Below, piece by piece: positions 11,298-22,761 of a stretch of DNA of 64,000 nucleotides (position 1 is the first letter of the stretch; every line of letters starts with the position of its first letter). The translations under genes were made by a program, and so were the position numbers. Source of the stretch: an uncultured Acidobacteriaceae bacterium (GTDB taxonomy: Bacteria; Acidobacteriota; Terriglobia; Terriglobales; Acidobacteriaceae). The stretch covers positions 42,480-106,479 of the forward strand of contig CAWAIL010000024.1 of NCBI GenBank assembly GCA_963782085.1, in the 5' to 3' direction. The notes beneath the pieces are model-generated. The model made no database searches. It was not told the origin of the DNA and saw nothing but the letters and a program-made list of their open reading frames with translations.

Positions 11298-13790
11298 ATG
11301 CGGCGGTTCTTGACGCTTGTTTGTTTGCTTGGCCTGGCCCTTCCGGCCGGGATTTCGATCTCCGGCTGCGTGCGCAACCCGGCAGGGAACTATTGCAACG
11401 GCCTCGGCTACGGGTTGAACGACACCGCGGTTGCGTCCATCACGCTGCAGCCGCAGATCGCCGGCATTTCGCTGGCCTACGGTCAGACAATCCAGGTGCA
11501 ATCGCCCACCGCGCATTCACCTGCAAGGGCAGATCCGGCTTCGATTAGCTTCATCGCTCTATCAGCTACGGCACCACCAACAATCAACTGGTAGACATTT
11601 CGCCCGTCGGCGAGCATCTGCGCCGGCACCTGGAACCGCAATACCGGCGGCGGCATCGCCGACTACACCTACTGCAACTACCCCAATCCATTGCCCTCGA
11701 CCGGCGGCTTGCCTTACGCCATTGCCTACATCACGGCCACTGCCGATTCGGTCACATCGAATCCCGTCACTGTCTACATTCACGCACCGATCTCCAGCAT
11801 CAGTCTGGTCACCACTCCTCTAGCCGGCGCTCCAGCGCAGGGATGCTACTCGCAGAACCAGCAGGCAGCACTCGATGCCGAGGCCTTCTACAGCTCTGAA
11901 CGGCGCGCCAACGACTCCTTGTGCGGGCCTGGGTCGGCGACCTTGCCCGAGTGTTCGAACTCCATCGGCACGCTCAATTTCTCGGTCGGCAACTGCGTCG
12001 GTGGCCACGATCAACCCCACCACCAACGTGATTACCGCGCAGCAGCCCGGCACGACGTCATCACCGCGACCATCGCGCAGTCGGCTTCGTCGGCCGGCTA
12101 CTTCTCCACCTGCCCGCCCGCATCGATCAATGTCTGCCTTGCCAATGGAAGCACCAAAGGCGTCGTCACGCAGGGCGTCACGCAGAACCTCACAACCACG
12201 GTCGTCGATACGCATGGGCAATCCGATCACAGGCATTGAATCTGGAATATCAGTCCACCAATCCCATTGATATTACTGCGTCCGCGGCGGCGGCTCCATC
12301 ACGCCCAGCATTCCCCGGCGTCGCATCGGTATACGCGATCTGCAAGCCCGTCCACTTGCAATCCCGCTCCCATCAACGAATTCGGCCTCAACGGGACCGG
12401 GCTGTCCATCGCTTCCAATCCTGTCAGACATCATTGTTCCCGGCACCACCAGCGACTTTGTCTGGTTCGGCGGCGCCGGGTCAGTCGCAATATTTCTCTT
12501 CGATTGAACTGCTCACACGGCACGCCCGGCTCCACCGTGCGCCTGCCCTACGTGCCCAACTCCATGGTCATGGATCAGGCGGCAACAGCCTCTTTTTCGG
12601 TTCGCCTCGCGAGCTGATGGTCTACTCCACCGGCAGCAACGCCTCACCAGCAGGACACCGGCGCTCCCGGCGTGGTGCTCGCCGTCTCTCCCAACGGCGA
12701 CCATTGCTCATCAACGATCAGATCCGCGGGCTGTTTTACCTCTACAACACCACCTCCGGTACGGCGCTGACGTCGTAGGCGGCCTCGGGAATTGCTGCCG
12801 CCTGGACGCCGGATTCCAATACTCTCTACATCGTCGACAGCGCGGCGCTCGGCGGCGGCCACACCAATACACTTTATGTCCACAACACCAACTCCGGCTG
12901 GAGCACCTACGATCTGACCTCGTCCGGTGGCGCAAAGAATCTGGCGGTCACGGTTCCCGGGCATTGGCGCATATCTCGCCGGCAATCCAACAGTCGCCCA
13001 CACCTGGTGCCCCACCGGCACGGTCGGCAACAACGCCAGCATTCAGTTCTATCCGCAGAGCGACACGCTCAACATTCCCAACAATATTCTCGGCGCAACT
13101 TCCGACGGGCTGCACATTCTGGGTGCGGAGCTTGCCGGCGGTGCAATAAATCTGAACGACATCGGATTGAACATCCCGCCATCGACACAATTTCCTTCGG
13201 CGGCATGCCCTGTGACGATCGCTGGTACATCGCAAACGCTGGGTCCGCTTTCAACGAATCCCGTGCTGAACGGAACAGTAAATCTGGCGGGGATTACGAA
13301 CGCAACTTCTGTAAACCAGGTTTTGACAGGGAGCGCGCCGTCGACCGCCTCAGTAACGACGGCTGCGCCGATTGCGTTTATCACGTACAACACTCCGAGC
13401 ACGACGACGACGGCTGCGCCCTTGCCATATTACCTGCCGCATGCAAATGGGTTGGGTACGACTGGAGATGTGACGTTTGCCGACAGCACATCGGCAACGC
13501 CGCCAACTGCACCGTTGGCAGGGGCCTTCAGCCCGGATAACAGTCTCTTCTTCGTATCGACGGCAGGCGATAACAAGATTCACTTCGTCAGCATTCCGAC
13601 AAGCGTCAGCAGTTCGGCGCCGCCGGTCGAGAACACCACTCAGTTCCCGCCGTTCAGTCCGAATCTTCCCGCATGCACACCGGTTTCGGCGGGAGGCACC
13701 GATGCGGGCTGCCTGTACCCTGCTGCGCCGCCTGCGAACACTTTCGTGCCTGCGACGGTAGTGACGGTGAAGCCGAGGTCGGTAACGTAA
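11298..13790 (+). CDS. Large Thr/Ser/Gly-rich lipoprotein with probable Ig-like and beta-propeller domains; frameshifted
   Basis: Lipobox ISISGC after a hydrophobic signal; joined ORFs 11118-11594, 11691-12239, 12236-12778, 12267-12617 and 12927-13790. Confidence 0.7.
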
Positions 13791-13868
13791 GGCGCTCGGA
13801 TTTCAAGGAAAACAGGACAAAACAGGACAATATCTGCACGCCTGCAGGTCGTCGATTCGAAAAAATCA

Positions 13869-14013
13869 GATGACCTGCAGGTGCACGTTTTTTGCGAGAG
13901 AGACTAGGGCAAAAAGTGGCGCATTCGCAATTCGAAAAAACGTAGACCTGCAGGTGGTGGAATTGGAAAAAGTGACGACCTGCAAGTGGTCAGAAAGCGG
14001 AAAAGTGACGCAT
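13869..14013. repeat. 145-bp ACCTGCAGGT-palindrome element, copy 2 (extra palindrome at 13839)
   Basis: GACCTGCAGGTG at 13872 and 13945, GACCTGCAAGTG at 13977, CGCCTGCAGGTC at 13839. Confidence 0.85.
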
Positions 14014-14305
14014 TCTGCGCCCGCGAAGCGATCCCTGGGGCGCGAGAAGGTGGTTCGCCGAGTTTGAGGAGTGGCCTTCAAGATTGAAACTCGTGGCATT
14101 GCACGCTCTTGCGGTGCGATTGAAAGCGCGCCTGGCGCAAGAATCGGATGGCCGGGATTCGTGCCATACCGCCCGGAAGTTCTCCGCTGCACAACGAACT
14201 TCTGGACGGGCACTTAGCTTTGTGCCATACAACTCCGCAAAGGGCAAGGTTCGACCTCGATCCAGGGGGTCTTGGGCGCGTGCCCCTGCACGATAGAATC
14301 GACAC

Positions 14306-15176
14306 ATGATCAAGGGGATTTCATTTCTGCGGCCTGCCGGCAGCGCAGGCGCATTCGAGCGGCTTTCCAGTTTTTTTTCTGCGCTCGGATTCGGGCATGG
14401 AAAGGGTTGGGTAGAGCAAGAAAGCAAGGGCGCTGCATTTCTGGCGCCACTAGGCAATCTCGAGATTGTGGATGGGCGTTTCCCATCGACGGCCGAGATC
14501 CTGGTCGAAGTGACAAGTCTCGATTCCGCGCACCAGGCGGCGGAGGCGTGGCTGCGAGCGAATGGCGGGGAAACGGCCGCAACGAGGCTCTCGCCGATTG
14601 AGGAGACGCATTGGAAATCGCGGATCTTTACGGCGGAGCCTGAGCCGGGATTCAAAGTCAGCTTCTGGGCGTGGACTGATCCAGCAAGAAGCAAGCCGGT
14701 GGCGGTTGCAGGCGATCTTTCCGCCGAAGGAATGAAGTTTGCAATTATCGTTGCGCGTTGGAATGCGGTGATTACGGACCGCCTGCTGGAAGGTGCGCTG
14801 GATGCGCTGCTGCGCAGCGGGGCCGATCGCGACGACGTCGAGATTGTTCGCGTGCCGGGCGCATGGGAGATTCCGGCCGCGGCACGGACGATTGCGAATG
14901 CAGGCAGCGTGAGACGCGATTATTACGCTGGGGTGCTTGCTGCGCGGCGAAACCGCGCATTACGAGGCGATCTATAACGAAGTGGCGCGGGGCATTGGCC
15001 AGTCGCAGCAGGAGACCGGGATTCCGCACAGCTTTGGCGTGCTGACCTGCGAGACGCTGGAGCAGGCTCTGAATCGCGCCGGGATCAAGGCGGGGAACAA
15101 AGGATTTGAAGCTGCGGCCGCGGCCATTGAGATGGTGAGCCTGAAGCGAAAGCTGCTCGAAGGCGGCCGCGCTTGA
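14306..15176 (+). CDS. ribH: 6,7-dimethyl-8-ribityllumazine synthase with an N-terminal VOC/glyoxalase-like domain (one frameshift near 14910)
   Basis: IIVARWNAVITDRLLEGA, VPGAWEIP, RGETAHYE, FGVLT, NKGFEAA; ~140-aa in-frame N-terminal extension; precedes nusB. Confidence 0.9.
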
Positions 15177-15607
15177 CCTCGGGGCAGCATCACACGCCGG
15201 CCGCCGCAAGTCGCGCGAGCTGGCGATGCAGATGCTGTTTCAGGCGGACATGGGCAAGCAGACGCCGGACCAGGTGCAGTGCGACTTTCTGGAAGGCGGG
15301 CGACGAAGTGGAGCCGGAGGTGCGCGGCTTTGCCGAAGACCTGTTCCGCGTGGCGCAGGCGCAGCAGGAGAAGATCGACGAGTTGATTGTGGCCCACTCA
15401 AAGCACTGGCGCCTCGATCGCATGCCGGCAGTGGATCGCAACCTGCTGCGCATGGCGGTGGCCGAGATGATCGGCTTCAAGCGCACGCCATTTCCGATCG
15501 TGATCAACGAGGCACTGGAGATCGGGCGCCGCTATTCCGGCCCCGAATCCATCAACTTCCTGAACGGCGTTCTCGATTCGATTGCGCGAGACTTGATCGC
15601 GAAGTAA
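15173..15607 (+). CDS. nusB: Transcription antitermination factor NusB (frameshifted 5' part)
   Basis: RRKSRELAMQMLFQ; WRLDRMPAVDRNLLRMAVAEM; IVINEALEIGRRYS..SINFLNGVLD. Confidence 0.95.
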   Translation: MTSGQHHTPAAASRASWRCRCCFRRTWASRRRTRCSATFWKAGDEVEPEVRGFAEDLFRVAQAQQEKIDELIVAHSKHWRLDRMPAVDRNLLRMAVAEMIGFKRTPFPIVINEALEIGRRYSGPESINFLNGVLDSIARDLIAK

Positions 15608-15662
15608 ATCGACGTGAATTTATGATCGGCCGAAGATTCGATTCCGGCTGGAGGCTCGAAGG

Positions 15663-16166
15663 ATGAAAGTGATTTGGTTCGCACCCGCTGCATGCATAAG
15701 CCTCGCGCTGGCAACGGCGATTGGATTCTCAGTCCCGGCGAGGGCGCAATCGGCCGGCGACAACGAGCGCGTGGTCGGGTTGATGCAGGCCGACAAGATT
15801 TCGTTTAGCAAGACGAATTCGCCCTCGGTGTGGGTGATTCACGCCAAGGGCACCAACCTGCTGGACATCAAGGAGATTGTGGCAGTGGGAGGAGGCACGG
15901 GCGACGATGCCACGCTGGTGGTGTTTGCAACCCTTGCGGAGAAAAAGAATATACCTGCGACCGCCGATTTTATGCGCACCCTGCTGGAGCAGAATCACAA
16001 GATGGATCGCGTGAAGATTGGATTCGATAACGATGGCGACCTGGAAGTGCGCATCGATTCGATGCTGCGCGTGACCGACGCCAAGGAATTTCAGTGGATC
16101 GTGAACCAGGTAATGAATGCTTCAGACCAGCTCTACGGGATGATCCAGGGCCAGCTGGTGAAGTAG
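15663..16166 (+). CDS. Secreted YbjN-like (T3SS-chaperone fold) hypothetical protein
   Basis: Signal peptide; LLEQNHKMDRVKIGFDNDGDL motif. Confidence 0.55.
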   Translation: MKVIWFAPAACISLALATAIGFSVPARAQSAGDNERVVGLMQADKISFSKTNSPSVWVIHAKGTNLLDIKEIVAVGGGTGDDATLVVFATLAEKKNIPATADFMRTLLEQNHKMDRVKIGFDNDGDLEVRIDSMLRVTDAKEFQWIVNQVMNASDQLYGMIQGQLVK

Positions 16167-16170
16167 GCCC

Positions 16171-16773
16171 TCAGGCGAGCGTCATACCGATGCGTTTGGC
16201 GCGAGCAAGCGTGCCCCGGGAGAGGGCGTGATGAGATTCTCCGGCGGCCAACCCGATCCATAACCTGGCCACTGGTTTTGCCCCCATCATTTTGGCGGAG
16301 ATGCGCAAGGCGCGAGCAGCGCCCGTGGCGAGAGGAATCAAAAATCCGGGGATTCCCGCGGAAGCCACCAGCACTGCTTTGCGCGGTTGATGTTTGGTGC
16401 GGAGCGCAGGCGCGTTCTGGCCCCAGGGCCAATAGGTGTAGCCGAGCAGTCGCTCCTGAAATCTGCGAAAGATGGCAGTGACGTTGTAATAGTTGACTGG
16501 CGAGGCCAGGACGATGGCGTCGGCCGCATCCACTGCATTAAGAATCTGCTGAATGCCATCGATCTGCGAACACCTTACGCGCGCTTCGCCGGGTGCCTGG
16601 GTGCAATGCCGGCAGTTGGTGCAGAATTCTATTGGCTGATCACTGAGGCGGATCATTTGCGTGACAGCGCCCTTGGAGCGGGCGGCGTCGAGGATTGCTT
16701 CCACGGCGCTCTCGGTGACGCCGCCTTTGCGGTAACTGCCGATGATTGCTACAACGCGTGCGCTCATTGTCAT
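16171..16773 (-). CDS. Flavodoxin family / iron-sulfur flavoprotein-like
   Basis: IIGSYRKGGVT; CTNCRHC...C; ADAIVLASPVNYYNVTA. Confidence 0.85.
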   Translation of the reverse strand: MTMSARVVAIIGSYRKGGVTESAVEAILDAARSKGAVTQMIRLSDQPIEFCTNCRHCTQAPGEARVRCSQIDGIQQILNAVDAADAIVLASPVNYYNVTAIFRRFQERLLGYTYWPWGQNAPALRTKHQPRKAVLVASAGIPGFLIPLATGAARALRISAKMMGAKPVARLWIGLAAGESHHALSRGTLARAKRIGMTLA

Positions 16774-16907
16774 TCACCTGCTGAATTCAGGCGGATGTTA
16801 GCCCGATTTCCGGACTCTGTGCGGTGACCAGGAGCACAACTGGTAACCCAGGTTCCGAGCGCCGGATGGCTGGAATTGCCGGGCTTTGGCCCTGCTATCC
16901 TTGATGT

Positions 16908-17468
16908 GTGATTTCTCACAAACATGCCAGGGGGGCCTTTGCTTTCGCGTTGCTTTTGGCGCTGACTTTGGCGGCTTGCCACCGGGAAGAGCAGGCTGTG
17001 GAGGGCGTGGCAAAAACTGCCGCCAAGGCCGAGCACCAGGTGCAGGCTACGGAGACTGCGCTCGACAACGATCGCGCGCAGTTGGAGCAGATTCCGCTGC
17101 CTACGAAGAGCCTTTACATCGATGTCCACGATCCTTCGCAGTGGCAGAACCCTTTTCTTGCGATTGGTCCTGACACGATCACGCTGAGGATTCTTCTGCC
17201 GGATGCAAATCCGAGCCCGGTTGGGCAGGGAACGCTGCTTCGCATTGAGGCCGCACGACGCCAGGAACTGGAACTGCGGCCGAGCGAGCTGGACGAGGCG
17301 ATTGTCGCGATTCCCTCCGGTGCGTGGCATTATGGGCGCGTAATTGCTGTTGCGGAGTCAGTGGTGGCCGCGCCACAGGATCGCGCGAAAACGCGTCGCA
17401 ATGTGGAGATCGCGATCAAGCGACTGAATGACCTGGGGATTGTGGTGGAGGAGTGGCCGGGGCGGTAA
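16908..17468 (+). CDS. Hypothetical lipoprotein
   Basis: Lipobox LAAC; intact 186-aa ORF. Confidence 0.7.
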   Translation: MISHKHARGAFAFALLLALTLAACHREEQAVEGVAKTAAKAEHQVQATETALDNDRAQLEQIPLPTKSLYIDVHDPSQWQNPFLAIGPDTITLRILLPDANPSPVGQGTLLRIEAARRQELELRPSELDEAIVAIPSGAWHYGRVIAVAESVVAAPQDRAKTRRNVEIAIKRLNDLGIVVEEWPGR

Positions 17469-17568
17469 AGACAGGGAGCAAGGGAGCGAGAGTGAGGGTG
17501 CGAGGATTTGCTCTCTGTGTTTGTGATTTGCGCGACTGTGATGTTCGGGGCTGCGCTACCATTGCAGC

Positions 17569-20500
17569 GTGAGTACGTCATCGTTTTCGATCCTTTCCAA
17601 TTCAGGTGATACCGGCTCGGGGCCTGTAAATTTGGGTCCGCTGGAGCATGAGCGGTTTGCGTCTCATCGCGAGCTTGAGGCACTGCTCAAGAAAAATTTG
17701 CGCGGCGAAGTGCGCTTCGATCTGGGCTCGCGCGCGCTTTATGCTGCCGACGCGTCGAATTACCGCCAGCTTCCGATCGGCGTGGTTTTTCCGCGCGATG
17801 CGGCCGATGTGGAGGCGGCGCTGGCTGCGTGCCGCGCGACCGGGGCAGCGGTTTTGCCGCGCGGCGCGGGCACCAGCCTCGCCGGCCAGTGCGTGAACGT
17901 GGCGGTGGTCTTTGACTATTCGCGGTACATGAACGCGCTCGAGCGCGATTGATCCCGCGAAGCAAAGCTGGCGCGCGTTGAGCCGGGGATTGTTCTCGAC
18001 CGGCTGCGCGATGCCGCCGAGTTGCATCACCTGACCTATGCGCCCGATCCGGCGACGCACTCGCGCTGCACGCTGGGCGGCATGATCGGCAACAACAGCT
18101 GCGGCGTGCATGGCCTGCTGGGCGGCAAAGTCGTGGACAACGTCGAATCGCTGGACATTGTGCTCTACGACGGAACGCGCATGACGGTGGGCGCGACGCC
18201 GCCCGAGCAACTGGACGCGCTGATTCGCGGCGGCGGGCGCGTGGGCGAGATTTATGCGGGGCTGGCGCGCATCCGCGACAGATATGCTCGCGCTGATTCG
18301 CGAAAAGTTTCCGCGCATTCCGCGCCGCGTTTCGGGATACAACCTCGACGAGCTGCTGCCGGAGAACAATTTTCATGTGGCGCGTGCGCTGGTTGGGTCG
18401 GAGGGAACCTGCGCGAATGTTGTGTCGGCAACGCTGAACCTGACGGCCAGCCCGCCGTTTCGCGTGCTGACGGTGCTGGCATTCGACGATCCGTATCTTG
18501 CGGCCGATGCGGTTCCGCTGGCGCTTGAGCATGGGCCCATCGGGCTGGAGGGCTTCGATTCGCTGCTGGTCGACTTCATGCGGCGCAAAGGGTCTGGCGC
18601 TGACGCGAGCTGGAGCAGCTGCCGCCGGGCAGTGGGTTTTCTGCTGGTGGAGATGGGCGCGTGGTCGGCCGAGGAAGCGCGCGCCAAGGCCGAAGCACTG
18701 GCGCACGCGGCGCAGACGTGGCCGTCGCCGCCGGTGGCGCATATCTGCACGCCGGAAGAGGCGGAGCGGTGTGGCATGTGCGCGAGTCGGCGCTGGGCGC
18801 GATGGTTTTTGTGCCGGGCGAGCCGGATCGCTGGGAGGGATGGGAAGATGCGGCCGTTCCGCCGGCACAGTTGGGCAATTATCTGCGCGCGATCAGCAAG
18901 CTGATGGCGGAGTACGGCTATCGCAGCCCGCTGTACGGGCATTACGGGCAGGGGTGCGTGCACATGCGCATCAACTTCGACTTCCGCAGCGCGCAAGGGA
19001 ATTCGGAAATTTCGCGAGTTTATTGATCGCGCTGCGGACGTGGTGCTTTCGTTTGGCGGCTCGCTGTCCGGGGAGCATGGCGATGGGCAGTCGCGCGCCG
19101 CGCTGTTGCCCAAGATGTTCGGGCCGGAGCTGGTGGAGGCCTTCCGCGAATTCAAGGCGCTATGGGATCCGGACAATCGCATGAATCCGGGCAAGCTCTC
19201 CGATGCGGTGCGGGTCTACGACCCGGTGGAGAACCTGCGCCACAGGCCGCCGGAGACCAGGCGCCGAGCGCGCATGCGAGCATCGCTTGAGACGCATTTT
19301 GCTTTCGCAGCCAGACCACGGCTCGTTTGAGCGACGCCACCGAGCGTTGCGTGGGCGTGGGGGCCTGCCGCAACACGAAGGGCGGCGTGATGTGCCCCAG
19401 CTACCGGGCGACGGGCGAAGAGCAGCACTCGACGCGAGGCCGTGCGCATCTGCTCTGGGAGATGCTGGCCGGGTCGCTGCGCGAAGAGGGATTCGAGAGC
19501 GAAGCGGTGCACGAGGCGCTCGATCTGTGCCTGAGCTGCAAAGCCTGCAAGTCGGAGTGCCCGGTGCAGGTGGACATGGCGGCCTACAAGTCGGAGTTTC
19601 TGGCGCAGCATTACAAGGGACGGCTGCACCCGCTGCATCACTACATCTTTGGCTTTGCGGATCGCCTTGCCCGTTACGGCTCCTTGCGCCGGCGCTCACC
19701 AACGCGATCCTGACCGGCCCGCTCACCAGCCCGCTCGATCAAGCGCATTGCCGGCGTTGCGCAAGAGCGCCAGCTGCCGCGGCTGGCACCAAAAGCTATC
19801 AAAACGCACGAAGATTCGTTCGTCGCGACAAACCGGCGCGCGCAAAGACGCAGTGCGGACGAGTACGGCAACCGTCCTGCTTTGGCCCGACACCTGGAAC
19901 AACTACTATCATCCGCAGTCGCTGTCCGCTGCCGAATCAGTGCTTGCTTCAGCGGGATTTCAGGTGGAAACTCCCAGCGGACATATCTGCTGCGGCAGGC
20001 CGCTTTATGACTTCGGTTTGCTCGATGCCGCCCGCTCGTATCTCGCACGTGTGCTCGAAGCGCATGGCTCCGCAGATCGACGCGGGAACTGCCGTTCATT
20101 TTTCTCGAGCCGAGCTGCGCCAGCGTCTTCAAAGACGAGCTGCTGGAGTTGTTCCCGAACGACGCCCGCGCAAAGCGCTTGAGCGAGCAGGTGTGGCTGC
20201 TGGCCGACTGGCTCGCCGAGCGAGCGCCTGATTTCGTCCCGGTCGGTCTGTCTGGCGCGCACATCCTGGTTCACGGCCATTGCCACCACAAGGCTGTCTT
20301 TGGGGGACCGGCGAATGAGATTGCGCTGCTGCGCAAGACCGGCGCAACGGTTGAACCGATCCAGGCCGGCTGTTGCGGAATGGCCGGTCCCTTCGGTTTT
20401 GAAGCGGACAAATTTGAAGTCTCGCGAACGATTGCCAACCAGGACCTGTTGCCCGTGGTCAAGGCCTCCGATCAGGCGACGATCATCGTCGCCGACGGCT

Positions 20501-20592
20501 TCAGCTGCCGCGAACAGATCGACCAACTCGGCCATCGGCAGGCGGTGCATTTCGCCGAGGTACTGGCGCGGAGTTGCGGTCGGGAGGAGTGA
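17569..20592 (+). CDS. FAD-binding and Fe-S-binding oxidoreductase (YdiJ/GlcD-GlcF fusion type); frameshifted
   Basis: YAADASNY, PRGAGTSLAGQ, TLGGMIGNNSCG, SGEHGDG, CVGVGAC, CLSCKACKSECP, CCGRP, HGHCHHK, CCGMAG, GFSCREQI. Confidence 0.9.
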
Positions 20593-20765
20593 CCTTCGAG
20601 CAACTCTGAGGCCGATTCTCGCGTCGAACGCGGGGAGGTTCCTGTGAAGGCACTCCTTGTCGAGACCGCAATCCTGAACATCAGCGAGAGGCATCTTGCG
20701 GTAGACTGGAGTGTTGCATGGGCTCAGGGAACTAATACTCGCAGCAAAAAGTTGGAGGATTCGAC

Positions 20766-21195
20766 ATGGCAGAGGAAAACAAGAGTTATGGATTGGCCTG
20801 GTTCCTGGCGGGATTAGGCGTTGGCGCTCTGGTTGGTATTCTCTACGCGCCAAAGAGCGGCAAGGAGACGCGCGAGGATATCGCGAATAGCGCCCGTGAG
20901 GGCACGGAGTATCTTCGCGTCAAAACCCGTGAGGCCGCGGAGAACGTGAGTGCACTTGTGGACAAGAGCAAGGAGCAGGTCAGCGCAATTGTCGACAAGG
21001 GCAAGGAGCAGGTGACCGAGTATGTCGACCGCGGCAGCGATGCGATCGATCGCGGACGCGCGCAGTGGGAAGAGTTTGTTGAGCGCGGCAAGAACGATTG
21101 TGGCAGATCAGACGAATCGCGTGGGCGCGGCCGTAGACGCTGGCCGCCAGGCTTACAAGACGTCGAGCAACGAGCCGGATACTCACGAGTACTGA
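20766..21195 (+). CDS. YtxH domain-containing protein (frameshift near 21095)
   Basis: FLAGLGVGALVGILYAPKSGKETRE signature; LEA-like repeats; corrected frame ends NEPDTHEY*. Confidence 0.85.
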
Positions 21196-21384
21196 GGACA
21201 GGCGGTTTTCATCGGAGCCACTGTCTGGATACGGTGTTCCTTTTCCGGTCGTTTTTCTTTTTCGGCGCCGCATGCGATTGGTGGAACAAGACTTCGCGGT
21301 GGCCGGGAGTGGGCCGCCTTCAGTCAGAGGCGGCTCGATCAGTTCTGAGTCAAATCCGCAGAGTTGCTGAACGAGATCACAACC

Positions 21385-21930
21385 ATGCAAATCTCCAATC
21401 AAGTGCTCCAGCTTGCCTTGTTCGCTCTTGTTGCGCTGGCCATGCTCGTGCAAGCGATCGTTTTACTCGCTGCCTTTCTTGCGATGCGGAAGGCCGCGAA
21501 GTCAATGAGCGAGAAGCTCGAAGAAGTTCGCACGGCGGTGATGCCTGTTATTGCAACGTCGCGCGAACTGATCACGACTTCCCGAGACCTGATCACGAAA
21601 CTCGCCCCAAGGATCGACGCGGCAAGCGAAGATCTGGTTTCGGCGATTCACACGGTTCGCGTCCAGGCTACCGAACTTCAGGCCGTTACGAATGAGATGG
21701 TTGAGCGGGCCCGGGGCCAGGCCAACCGGCTCGACTCCATCATGACGAATGTTTTCGATGCGATGGATCGCGCCGGCGGCTTTGTAGCCGACTGCATCAA
21801 CAAGCCGATGCGACAATTCTCCGCATTGCTGAATTCTGCCAAGGCGGTGGTTGAGTCGCTGCGTTCTTCATCTGCCACAAATCGAACACCATCGAACCAC
21901 GCGCCTGGTGACCACGATATGTTCGTGTAG
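21385..21930 (+). CDS. DUF948/YtxG-like membrane-anchored coiled-coil protein
   Basis: N-terminal TM helix then a long amphipathic helix; adjacent to the YtxH gene. Confidence 0.6.
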   Translation: MQISNQVLQLALFALVALAMLVQAIVLLAAFLAMRKAAKSMSEKLEEVRTAVMPVIATSRELITTSRDLITKLAPRIDAASEDLVSAIHTVRVQATELQAVTNEMVERARGQANRLDSIMTNVFDAMDRAGGFVADCINKPMRQFSALLNSAKAVVESLRSSSATNRTPSNHAPGDHDMFV

Positions 21931-22072
21931 CGATTCGTCCCGGTTTAATAGCCGATCCAGATTGCTTTTCCAGACGGCTCGTTCCCCAAAAAATGAGGTT
22001 GGCGATTCAGTTAGGATCTCTATTTGACGGCCAGCCGTGTCCTGTTAGAGCGCGGTCTGAGATGGGAGAACG

Positions 22073-22684
22073 ATGCGCGTCATTGATCCAGGCCAACTGG
22101 AATACAGCGACATCTACAAGCTGATGATCGGCATGATTGTGCCACGGCCAATTGCGTTCGTTTCGACAATTGACCCAGCGGGCATTCGGAACCTGGCGCC
22201 GTTCAGCTACTTCACGGCATGCAGTTCCAATCCTCCGGTTGTCTGTTTTTGTACCTCCGTCCGGTCCGGTCCGAGGCCGCACAAAGACACGTTGAACAAT
22301 ATTGAAGCCACCGGGGAATTCGTCGTAAACATTGTTTCGGAAGAGATCGCGGAGCAGATGAATAAAACCTCCGCAGATGTTCCGGCGGACGTGGATGAAT
22401 TTGCGCTTTCGGGGCTGACCCCGCTGGCGAGCGACCTGGTAAACCCGCCCCGCGTGGCGGAAAGCAAGGTGCAGATGGAGTGCCGGCTGCATCAGATTGT
22501 TCGCGTAAGCGACAAGCCGGGCGGAGGAATTCTGGTGCTTGGCGAGGTTCTGCGATTTCATGTGCTCGAGTCGCTAATGGACGGAAACAAGATCGACCCC
22601 GATCAGTTAAATGCAATTGGGCGCATGGGAGGTCCGACTTACGTCCGCACGCACGACCGTTTTGAGATGCAACGGCCGAAATAA
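22073..22684 (+). CDS. Flavin reductase family protein (DIM6/NTAB)
   Basis: VPRPIAFVST, NLAPFSYF, KDTLNNIEATGEFVVN, IGRMGG. Confidence 0.9.
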   Translation: MRVIDPGQLEYSDIYKLMIGMIVPRPIAFVSTIDPAGIRNLAPFSYFTACSSNPPVVCFCTSVRSGPRPHKDTLNNIEATGEFVVNIVSEEIAEQMNKTSADVPADVDEFALSGLTPLASDLVNPPRVAESKVQMECRLHQIVRVSDKPGGGILVLGEVLRFHVLESLMDGNKIDPDQLNAIGRMGGPTYVRTHDRFEMQRPK

Positions 22685-22761
22685 ATTCGGTGTGGTCTGT
22701 CGGAAATTTCGGGTGCAGGGCACTTCTTGAGAGAGAATGCAGAAGTTAGGGAGGTCGCCAG

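Noticed and set aside
8550-14013. CRISPR array suggested by the regularly spaced palindromes
   Set aside because: Repeats are only 10-12 bp, spacing is uneven (32/73), spacers are homologous between the two copies, and there are no cas genes.
14020-14305. FMN riboswitch upstream of ribH
   Set aside because: No RFN consensus blocks could be recognised.
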